NCBI GenBank assembly: GCA_963577015.1
Contig: CAUYXQ010000001.1
Location: forward strand, 1-32,980
DNA length: 32,980 bases
Source of the DNA: Candidatus Thalassarchaeaceae archaeon
GTDB taxonomy: Archaea; Thermoplasmatota; Poseidoniia; Poseidoniales; Poseidoniaceae
Direction: 5' to 3'
Part shown: positions 8,138 to 15,706 of the stretch, piece after piece
Layout of the letters: every line of letters begins with the position of its first letter
How positions within the stretch are numbered: the stretch's first letter is position 1
Notes under the pieces: model-generated
Database searches by the model: none
What the model was told of the DNA's origin: nothing
The model's input: only the letters and a program-made list of their open reading frames with translations
Translations under genes and position numbers: made by a program

Positions 8138-8143
8138 TAAAAA
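8138..8143 (-). promoter_or_regulatory. Candidate TATA box (TTTTTA) for the TSP3-repeat gene, implying a leaderless or near-leaderless mRNA
   Basis: The reverse complement of taaaaa lies 24 nt upstream of the ATG at 8113, within a 38-nt gap. No SD-like motif lies in between. Confidence 0.3.
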
Positions 8144-8151
8144 GAACGCCC

Positions 8152-9849
8152 TTAAGTCTCATCGGTTGCAACCCAATCGACCATCAGAGAAGTAGGTGGC
8201 TCTTCCACAATCTCCGGCTCTGGAATTAGTGAAAGGACCTCACCGCTGACGAACTTGATATAGCGTTGTTCTTCGTTATCCTCAAATGGATGTTCACCGA
8301 TGTTCTGTTGATATGCAATACCAATCAAATCGCCATCGGGTGAATGCACGGTTTCAAAGAAATCGTGCAATGCATGTACATCGTTGTTTGCTTGCTCGTA
8401 TGCGGTTACAATATGCAAAGGAGTTGGATCTGCTATTTGCCATACGAAATTATCACCAGTATGAGGTTCGTAAATCGCACCTACCATCAGATACCATTCG
8501 TCGCCTTCAGTATAACCATCATCGCCATATTCCAAGCCATACCATGCGACTGAAACCATATTGTTCTCACTAATTGAAACGAATGGATACATTGTGATGC
8601 CACCACTTTCTCCCCAATCAGGCGCGATACTCCAACTATCGGACCAGTTTTCACCATGGTCGTATGATATTGCCATTTGCATATCCCAAGCGCCAACGTC
8701 TCCATTACCACAATCGGCCCAGACTACAACTACTGTACCGGCTTCATTGTTATTGACAACCGGATATCCTTCTGGGCAATTTCCAGTTCTTGGACCAAGT
8801 GCCACTGGAGGTTCCCAAGACCCCTCTGATGGCCCCGGTCCAGTTCCTCTTCCATAATCATCGCTGATTCTAATTTGAACCGACCCCGAATTTGAATCTG
8901 CATCTTCTTGGGCCACATAAACGTAAGAGCCCTCCTTTTCTGAGGATATTGTTGACCATCCACCAGGCATTGCAAAGCACTGGGAAAAGCTATTACCTCC
9001 ATTTTCAGAATGGTAGTACCAATATCGACCACCGTCTCCAGAGCATTCAGGGGGTGTTGCTCCTGAATTGCCAAGATAGTGGATTATTCCATCGCCTTGA
9101 GCAGCGACCCACGGTCTGTCGTCAGCAGCCATAGTATTCATTCTCTGACAAACCGAACCCATCTCGTATGATTCACCGCCTTTGGTAAAACGGTGCCACC
9201 AATTGTCTTCTAACGTAGTATCCAGATAGTATACCATGTCGTTATTATCAACTGCAATATCTCCTTCATCGCCTAGACATTCTGAGCCACCACCGGTAAC
9301 TGAACCAATGGCTGAATTCACAAGATTTCCAGGTGTTGGCTCGAAACTATCGCCATGACTCCATGTAGAACCATTATCTGTTGAAACCCAGAACCAAGAT
9401 GCCCAGTAATCCCAAGAGGTCATTTCACCATCTTCACAAGCATACCAAGTATCGGTTGGACCTCCTAAAATAGGCCCAAATGGAGTTCCTTCTCCGCCCC
9501 AACGTAAATCCTTGTGAGCAGTGATTTGCATATTGCCCATTGAATCAATTGAAAGTGAAGGTTCGTAACCAACTCCATATCCTGCATACTCTGCATCTTG
9601 ACCGTTATCCATGTCGATGCATTCCTCATGCCGAGGCATGTAAATCGGCTCGCCGAATTCGATTTCGATAGAGTCGCCACTTTTTACTTCGCTGCGTAGT
9701 GCGTTTGCATCATCTTTGAGCATAATCACTCCGAACATCGATGCGAGAATCAAAAATGCGACCGCTACTGCAAAAGTTGCTGCCAATAAGACATTGAGCA
9801 GATGATGGTCTTTCTCGACCAAGACATCAGCCTCTAGCAAATCGCCCAT
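8152..9849 (-). CDS. Type-II anchored BNR/Asp-box repeat (sialidase-like beta-propeller) protein
   Basis: N-terminal TM helix LLNVLLAATFAVAVAFLILASMFGVIML. Asp-box motifs (SxDxGxTW): STDNGSTW and SYDHGENW, plus degenerate SENGGNSF and SDDYGRGT. Confidence 0.8.
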   Translation of the reverse strand: MGDLLEADVLVEKDHHLLNVLLAATFAVAVAFLILASMFGVIMLKDDANALRSEVKSGDSIEIEFGEPIYMPRHEECIDMDNGQDAEYAGYGVGYEPSLSIDSMGNMQITAHKDLRWGGEGTPFGPILGGPTDTWYACEDGEMTSWDYWASWFWVSTDNGSTWSHGDSFEPTPGNLVNSAIGSVTGGGSECLGDEGDIAVDNNDMVYYLDTTLEDNWWHRFTKGGESYEMGSVCQRMNTMAADDRPWVAAQGDGIIHYLGNSGATPPECSGDGGRYWYYHSENGGNSFSQCFAMPGGWSTISSEKEGSYVYVAQEDADSNSGSVQIRISDDYGRGTGPGPSEGSWEPPVALGPRTGNCPEGYPVVNNNEAGTVVVVWADCGNGDVGAWDMQMAISYDHGENWSDSWSIAPDWGESGGITMYPFVSISENNMVSVAWYGLEYGDDGYTEGDEWYLMVGAIYEPHTGDNFVWQIADPTPLHIVTAYEQANNDVHALHDFFETVHSPDGDLIGIAYQQNIGEHPFEDNEEQRYIKFVSGEVLSLIPEPEIVEEPPTSLMVDWVATDET

Positions 9850-9893
9850 GAGCGGGCTACCGTGCTATTGGACATGAGCAATTCGGTCAGGCA

Positions 9894-11168
9894 TCATCGG
9901 TTGATGACTGAAAAATAAATCGATTCAAAATCCTTGGCGTTGTGCTCGTACGTATAGGAAGATAGGACTCTTTGACGTCCGAGTTCAGCCATTTGTTTCA
10001 CTTTGTCGGGATTTGCTAATAACTCGTTGACCTGCTTTGCCAAATCCGTTGCATCTCCAAGTTGAAATAACCCCCCTACGCTGTTATCGACCATCTCGGG
10101 GAGGGGGCCGTTATCTACCGTTACCACCGGCGTGCCGCTACTCATCGCTTCGAGAGGAATCAAACCCTGTCCCTCATAATATGAAGGATAGGCTACGACA
10201 TCTGCGGAACGAAATAATTGGGCAAGGTCGGCAAATGGCATGCCGCTCTCAATACTCAGCGCATCGGCAACCCCGAGCGCTTTGGCTTGTTTCATCAATT
10301 TAGATTTCATATGACCGCGGCCGACGATTACCAATTTTGCCGCGGGGTTCTTAGCGAGAATCGCTGGCATCGCTCGCAATAATGTCAAAAAGCCCTTGCG
10401 AGCGACAAGACGCCCTACCGCTAGAATGAGCGGAGTCTTGGTTTCAGGGTTGCCATGCAGTGCATCCTCATCGGCACAATCATACTTCATTCGTACTGCT
10501 TCGTGGGCCAATTGTGAATCCTCATCGTCTTTATTCAATGGATGAAATACCAAGTGATCCACCCCCCAAAGAACGGTTTCACAACGCCAATTTTCCATTG
10601 GTTTGTAACGCTTGATAAAATCTTTGCGAGTAGCTAATGAATTGGCCACACATGCTGCTGAGTGCAATACTCCTGCGCGCTCATAACGCGCATACCAGCC
10701 GCCAGTGAGTAATATCGCCAAATCATTAGGATTTCTCCAAGTAGCGGCTTCCCGATATTTTGCTGCCAACTTCATACCATCACGTTCACCAAGCCAAGAG
10801 CCGTGTAAACTGCTGACCACAGGTGCTATCTCTTTCTGCACTTTCTTGAATTGAGAACTCGTCCATGAAATCAAAGGCAGGTGGGTATGAATTACGTCGA
10901 TCGATTTTCGCCGGTGTAAGCGTTTGAGTGCCCTCAACGCAGTTCGGCCATAACTGCGAGTAAAAGCCATCGGCAGGCGCGCCCAACCGACTTCGATTAC
11001 CTCAACCCCCTCTTGTGTAGGTGGTTTTCCTGCACCATTACGGGTGATTACCGTCACTTCGTGACCCCGGGTTACCAGATGACCTGCAAGGTGGAATACA
11101 ACTGAGCCCATACCGCCCCATCTTGGGGGATATTCTGCGGACAACATGACGATATGCATGCTTCTCAT
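9894..11168 (-). CDS. GT-B fold glycosyltransferase, family 4-like
   Basis: N-terminus MHIVMLSAEYPPRWGGMGSVVFHLAGHLVTRGHEVTVIT. C-terminal donor-binding region ADVVAYPSYYEGQGLIPLEAMSSGTPVV (E-x7-E motif). The start is the ATG at 11168 or the ATG at 11159. Confidence 0.9.
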   Translation of the reverse strand: MRSMHIVMLSAEYPPRWGGMGSVVFHLAGHLVTRGHEVTVITRNGAGKPPTQEGVEVIEVGWARLPMAFTRSYGRTALRALKRLHRRKSIDVIHTHLPLISWTSSQFKKVQKEIAPVVSSLHGSWLGERDGMKLAAKYREAATWRNPNDLAILLTGGWYARYERAGVLHSAACVANSLATRKDFIKRYKPMENWRCETVLWGVDHLVFHPLNKDDEDSQLAHEAVRMKYDCADEDALHGNPETKTPLILAVGRLVARKGFLTLLRAMPAILAKNPAAKLVIVGRGHMKSKLMKQAKALGVADALSIESGMPFADLAQLFRSADVVAYPSYYEGQGLIPLEAMSSGTPVVTVDNGPLPEMVDNSVGGLFQLGDATDLAKQVNELLANPDKVKQMAELGRQRVLSSYTYEHNAKDFESIYFSVINR

Positions 11169-11191
11169 GCCACCCCAGAAGTTCGACGTTC

Positions 11192-11198
11192 ATAGATA
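11192..11198. promoter_or_regulatory. Single central TATA-like element (ATAGATA / TATCTAT) in the 51-bp divergent GT4/GT2 intergenic region
   Basis: It lies 23 nt from the ATG at 11168 (minus strand) and 21 nt from the ATG at 11220 (plus strand). It is the only AT-rich heptamer in the gap. Confidence 0.3.
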
Positions 11199-11219
11199 CG
11201 CTGGATAACAGCCTTCAAG

Positions 11220-12017
11220 ATGTGCGTGAAGTTGGCCAAGTTCATGGCTGAAGTGCTACCGGTTAGTGTAACTGTAATCCTACCCACTCGGAACGAAGAA
11301 GAAGCCGTAGGGCCGACCATCGATTCGATACCTAGAGACTGGTGTAAGGAACTCGAAATAATGATTGTCGACGGCAATAGTAGCGACAAGACCAGAGAGA
11401 TCGCACTGGAAAGAGGAGCCCGGGTGCACATCGAGCCGCGCAAGGGTTATGGTCGCGCATATAGGTCCGGTTTTGATATCGCCAAAGGCGATATAATCGT
11501 CACCATGGACGCTGATTGCACCTATCCAGCAGAAGTGGTACCGAAGTTGGTAAAAAGGCTACTGGATGATGAATTGGATTTCATTACCTGTGACCGACTT
11601 ACCCTAGCCGAAGACGGATCTATGTCTGGAATTCACGGCTTCGGTAATTGGATGCTTTCATTCAATGCTAGAATGCTTTTTGCTTATGGAATAAAGGACT
11701 CCCAATCTGGCATGTGGGTCTTTAGAAAGAATATTTTCGATAATCCAAAGATGCGCCCCACCAATGATGGTATGCCACTTTCTGAAGAGATGAAAATACT
11801 AGCGCGCAAACATCTTGGCAAGAAAAAGGCAATTGAGATTTCAGTGCCTTATCGGCCACGGGTTGGCGATGCAGAAATACATACTTGGGGCGATGGTTGG
11901 AAGAATCTACGCTTCCTCTACTTCAAACGAGTCGGTCTACATCGCACTAGGTCAGAATGGGGTGCGCTTGACGGTAATCCCGATTCTCTGAATGGCGATA
12001 TTCCCGAGCAGAAGTGA
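11220..12017 (+). CDS. GT-A fold glycosyltransferase, family 2 (dolichyl-phosphate sugar synthase-like)
   Basis: VTVILPTRNEEEAVGPTIDSIP, IMIVDGNSSDKTREIA, and TMDADCTYP (the DxD region). The start may instead be the ATG at 11244 (MAEVLP). Confidence 0.9.
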   Translation: MCVKLAKFMAEVLPVSVTVILPTRNEEEAVGPTIDSIPRDWCKELEIMIVDGNSSDKTREIALERGARVHIEPRKGYGRAYRSGFDIAKGDIIVTMDADCTYPAEVVPKLVKRLLDDELDFITCDRLTLAEDGSMSGIHGFGNWMLSFNARMLFAYGIKDSQSGMWVFRKNIFDNPKMRPTNDGMPLSEEMKILARKHLGKKKAIEISVPYRPRVGDAEIHTWGDGWKNLRFLYFKRVGLHRTRSEWGALDGNPDSLNGDIPEQK

Positions 12018-12021
12018 ATTA

Positions 12022-12888
12022 TTACTCCTCTAGTTGCGAGGGTAAATCTATCTCTACCCTTTCGATTACAATCAATGCCAATGGCATTAGAGTGAATACC
12101 ACCAGCCAGATCATCATCAAATCCTGCACCAGCGGCGTGAAGGTGAGACTGAATGAACCATCAAAAGCGATGAAGGCCATGTGGTCGATATCTGCTGAGG
12201 TCAAATTTGTCATGATATGTTGTTGCTCGCTTTCATTGCCCATCGCCAAATCGAAACCACTGACATTGAAGTGAAAATCTAAAGATTCGCTACTCAAGTT
12301 GAAATCTGTGAATATTTGTTCATGCTCTAAATCCAGTGATCCACCTCCAGTTCCCTTGGATTCAACATCGAATCCTCCAAACCATCCTAATGTCGGCATT
12401 ATTACAAATGCTACAATCAGTGCAAATAAAGCGAAATTCAAGATTAATCCTGGTATCCATCTACGTTGATAACCTAGCAAATGAATAAACAATACAACTG
12501 CCGAAATTGCAGTTACAATCTTCACTCCTTGTGGTAAACCAGTCTGAACCTCACTGAGATTGTAGGAATTATTGCCCCAAAGTTCATCTTCCCTTTCATC
12601 TTGAGTTTCTTCAACTTCATTTACACGTTTACTCTGCCAATAAGCCATAGCGGTTGGACCTGATAAACTCATATCTACATCGGATATGTTTTGGGAGATG
12701 TTCAATTCCGCTCCGATGCCAAAGGGAGTACAACAATTCTCGCGGAATCCTGTTGGTGCACCGTCGGTAGCCTGAACCTCAAATGCTATCGATGACCAAG
12801 TCTGAGTCGCTGTGGCCCCAATCAGGGAAATCAACAGCAATAACTGCAGCAGATGAAGCAGCAAGCGCAATGATTTGGAGTGCCGCAT
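12022..12888 (-). CDS. Hypothetical multi-pass membrane protein rich in N-glycosylation sequons
   Basis: The ORF opens at a TTG at 12921. The likely start is the ATG at 12888 (MRHSKSLRLLLHLLQLLLLISLIGA), preceded by GGGGTG (12897-12902) with an 8-nt spacer. TM segments: IVTAISAVVLFIHLL, LILNFALFALIVAFVIMP, MMIWLVVFTLMPLALIVI. Eight N-x-S/T sequons by hand count. Confidence 0.6.
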   Translation of the reverse strand: MRHSKSLRLLLHLLQLLLLISLIGATATQTWSSIAFEVQATDGAPTGFRENCCTPFGIGAELNISQNISDVDMSLSGPTAMAYWQSKRVNEVEETQDEREDELWGNNSYNLSEVQTGLPQGVKIVTAISAVVLFIHLLGYQRRWIPGLILNFALFALIVAFVIMPTLGWFGGFDVESKGTGGGSLDLEHEQIFTDFNLSSESLDFHFNVSGFDLAMGNESEQQHIMTNLTSADIDHMAFIAFDGSFSLTFTPLVQDLMMIWLVVFTLMPLALIVIERVEIDLPSQLEE

Positions 12889-12929
12889 AGATGCGGCACC
12901 CCAATCATCGGTTTCAATCAATCCGTGGT

Positions 12930-15662
12930 TCAGTCCTTACGACGAACAGCAACGAACATTCCGGCAAAAGCAATCATCGCCAGTGTAGCCACTGGTGAGA
13001 TAAAGGGCAATAGGCCTTCATCTCCAGCTGCTTTAATAATATCATCAGTTCCATCATTAGCGCCGTCACTCGTGTCTACACCGCTGGGGTCCTGACCCGC
13101 AGCGACCGCATCGACCGCTGCTGTATTGTGCTTGGTTAAGTCGACCAAAGTCTCGAGGGTGGTGTCGTCAACAATCTCCGCCTCTTGGGCGATTGCCGCA
13201 GTTCCTGAGAAGTAAACCACATGGATTGGCACCGGTGCTGCAGGATAGATGTTAGATTCAGGGCCAACTAAGGTGTATAGATTACCTGAATCCGCATGCT
13301 GTGCTAGTATTTGTATTCCAACAACTTTACCTTCTGCCTTCGACCATAGAGTGTAGATTTCGCCGTCATCGTATGCGAAATCTTCCTCGTATTTTTCGAG
13401 GCGATTATCAAGGTTCTGCTCGAAACTGTCCATGACATTTTCAAGGGTTGATTGCTCGAATGCCATCGCTAAGTCAATCAACTTCTGGCTTGGCTCGGGT
13501 TCTTGTTGTATATCGTTACACCTTTCTCGAGTCGCCAATGGATTGTCATTGCCGCCGACCAAGTTGACATCTACGGTCATGCAATATTCGCCCCAGCCGT
13601 TGAGATCACCTGAAAGTATGTTGCAATCGCTATCGTCGATTCCGTCGTCGTTCTCATCGCATCTATCCTCATCTGCATACGCCTCAAAATTATAGCTATC
13701 TGATGCAACAAAGGAACCGGCATCGACAGAGGTACCGTCAGACTTCTTCATCTGCCAATTGATTTCATAATCAGCATCTTGTTGTAACTCCCACACGCGA
13801 ATATCTCCAGTAAAGGAATCACTACCTTCTGATTCGAAATCAATGTGGTCTATTGTAGGCGGGTGGTCTCCAACCCAAGCGCAATCGGTTCCTGTAGCGA
13901 CGAGAGTATAATCTTCAGCAAACAGTCTCACAGTGAGACAAATATCACCACCGATTCCTTCAGGGTACATTGAGCTGTAGTCATATTCCGGCCATAAGTC
14001 TCTCAACTCAAGTTGCTCGTAACTTCCTTCTATTGTAAAAATGTAATCAGAGGAATTGGTATTATTTGTTATTGAAGTATCTGCGTAATTCATTGAGAAG
14101 AGTATGTGGGCGTTTTCCATATCTTTAGCGGGATCATCGTCGTCATCAGCATAATTTTCCAAATCAATGTAAGTTGTGGGACTATCTTCCCATTCATGCC
14201 AATTAAAGTTAACCTTGACCCTTTCCCGACCTTCATCGGAATTATCACTACATTCGGGGTAGCCGTTATTGACACGGTCATAGTAATTATCACCGTCACG
14301 CAGCCATTCAGTTAACTCTTCTCCATCATCGCATGTGAATATAACCCGGTCATAATATTCATTATTCATATTACCATCATCATTAGTTTCTGCTAAATTC
14401 GAAGCCCATTCATCACCAACTTCCTGAAGGATTGTGTCTGTAAGCATATCTGCAATTGTCATTCCATCATCGCTTCCTTCAATCGCCGCCTCCATTGAGT
14501 TATCCATCAATAATTCAAAGCCAAAGGGGAAAGGTGAAGCATCTGCTTGAAGCACCTCCATGCTCTCACCATCGATGGTCAGGGTTTGAGCAGAACCATC
14601 TTCCAACGAGAAGTGGCCCCCATGTCTGAAATCATCTTTATCATAGGTTCCACTATCGGTAATCGAATCGATGATATTGACATCCCAATCTCCGGCTGGA
14701 AAACCTAATTCTTCGGCTGGTAAACCACTGACCTGGATATTGAGTGAGGTTTTGGTCGAGAAATCGCCGGTCACACTCTCACAAGGATCCTTAATGCGAG
14801 TTATTACTTCACTGACTTCTATTTGCTCGTCATCTTCATCCCATTCGGTATAGGTTTCGGTTTCGGTTGAAGATTCACTACTCTCTATATCAGTGCTACA
14901 CTCCCATTCCAGTGCCTCTCCTGCATTGAGTGCCTTCAACGCATTTGGCAGGTCACTGGCTTCACCCAGAAGTAAATCTGCGTGGCTACTGACAATCTCA
15001 TAAGTCATTCCGACTCCGATTGAAACATCCAAGGGCAGTGATGCTGCAGCGTGCTGCTCGCCGCTATCCTCATCGGTAAATGCCTCCGAGGTTATTGTAC
15101 CAATCAATCCCAATTCGAGTCCCTGGGTAAAGGTCATCGATTGGTCTATTGCCGCTCCCATCATCTTATTGTCGGCATTACGGTATTCAACATAGAGAAT
15201 ATCCATCACCAGAATATTCTCAGAATCTGCGGTAAATGTGACATCCCAAGAAGCTGAACTATCATGCCACTCGGTCATAATCGCGGCATCAGCCATCAGT
15301 CCGTGACGGACGGTGAGTTGGGTATAATGTGGAGTTGCAGGTACATCTGCGCCACCGAAGGTGTAAGTTGTATCAGCACCAACATATTGGTCTAATATTA
15401 TACTAGAAGTTCCGGTGGTTTCTTGGGCAAGAAGCAACTCAAATCCTGAATCATCAGCCGCTTTAGAGATATCTAAGAGGACATCTTTGATCGAAATGCC
15501 AGACAGAGCGGTAGCATCGTCGTCTAGATATGACCAATCGTATTCAATGCCGAAAGCATAATGTTCGGCTGGTTCTTCTGCAGCCACTCCAGAGGGTATC
15601 GCTGATACCAGAAATAAGGCGGTTACAAGACAGGCTACACTGCGTTTAGTGATAGGGCGCAT
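12930..15662 (-). CDS. Very acidic 910-aa secreted orphan protein with a C-terminal LPF + TM helix + RRKD tail
   Basis: Signal peptide MRPITKRSVACLVTALFLVSAIPSGVAA, from the ATG at 15662 (the ORF track uses the GTG at 15668). The protein is D/E-rich throughout. It contains Cys-flanked acidic loops (RCDENDDGIDDSDC). It ends ...GDEGLLPFISPVATLAMIAFAGMFVAVRRKD. I recognise no known domain. Confidence 0.8.
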   Translation of the reverse strand: MRPITKRSVACLVTALFLVSAIPSGVAAEEPAEHYAFGIEYDWSYLDDDATALSGISIKDVLLDISKAADDSGFELLLAQETTGTSSIILDQYVGADTTYTFGGADVPATPHYTQLTVRHGLMADAAIMTEWHDSSASWDVTFTADSENILVMDILYVEYRNADNKMMGAAIDQSMTFTQGLELGLIGTITSEAFTDEDSGEQHAAASLPLDVSIGVGMTYEIVSSHADLLLGEASDLPNALKALNAGEALEWECSTDIESSESSTETETYTEWDEDDEQIEVSEVITRIKDPCESVTGDFSTKTSLNIQVSGLPAEELGFPAGDWDVNIIDSITDSGTYDKDDFRHGGHFSLEDGSAQTLTIDGESMEVLQADASPFPFGFELLMDNSMEAAIEGSDDGMTIADMLTDTILQEVGDEWASNLAETNDDGNMNNEYYDRVIFTCDDGEELTEWLRDGDNYYDRVNNGYPECSDNSDEGRERVKVNFNWHEWEDSPTTYIDLENYADDDDDPAKDMENAHILFSMNYADTSITNNTNSSDYIFTIEGSYEQLELRDLWPEYDYSSMYPEGIGGDICLTVRLFAEDYTLVATGTDCAWVGDHPPTIDHIDFESEGSDSFTGDIRVWELQQDADYEINWQMKKSDGTSVDAGSFVASDSYNFEAYADEDRCDENDDGIDDSDCNILSGDLNGWGEYCMTVDVNLVGGNDNPLATRERCNDIQQEPEPSQKLIDLAMAFEQSTLENVMDSFEQNLDNRLEKYEEDFAYDDGEIYTLWSKAEGKVVGIQILAQHADSGNLYTLVGPESNIYPAAPVPIHVVYFSGTAAIAQEAEIVDDTTLETLVDLTKHNTAAVDAVAAGQDPSGVDTSDGANDGTDDIIKAAGDEGLLPFISPVATLAMIAFAGMFVAVRRKD

Positions 15663-15686
15663 GTCCACGGTTGAACCACAATAGGG

Positions 15687-15693
15687 TATAATA
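15687..15693 (-). promoter_or_regulatory. Candidate TATA box (TATTATA, inside the palindrome GGTAT-a-ATACC) for the 910-aa gene
   Basis: It lies 24 nt upstream of the ATG at 15662, in the 38-44 nt gap after the upstream stop. The spacing matches the candidates at 8138 and 11192. Confidence 0.3.
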
Positions 15694-15706
15694 CCTCTGT
15701 TGGCAA

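Noticed and set aside
14229-14348. LDL-receptor class A-like stretch (FTCDDGEELTEWLRDGD...PECSDNSDEG), with a duplicated YYDRV motif, in the acidic 910-aa protein
   Set aside because: Only two of the six canonical cysteines are present and the spacing does not fit. It is more likely a generic acidic Ca-binding-like loop. It remains worth a profile search but is not callable as LDL-A.
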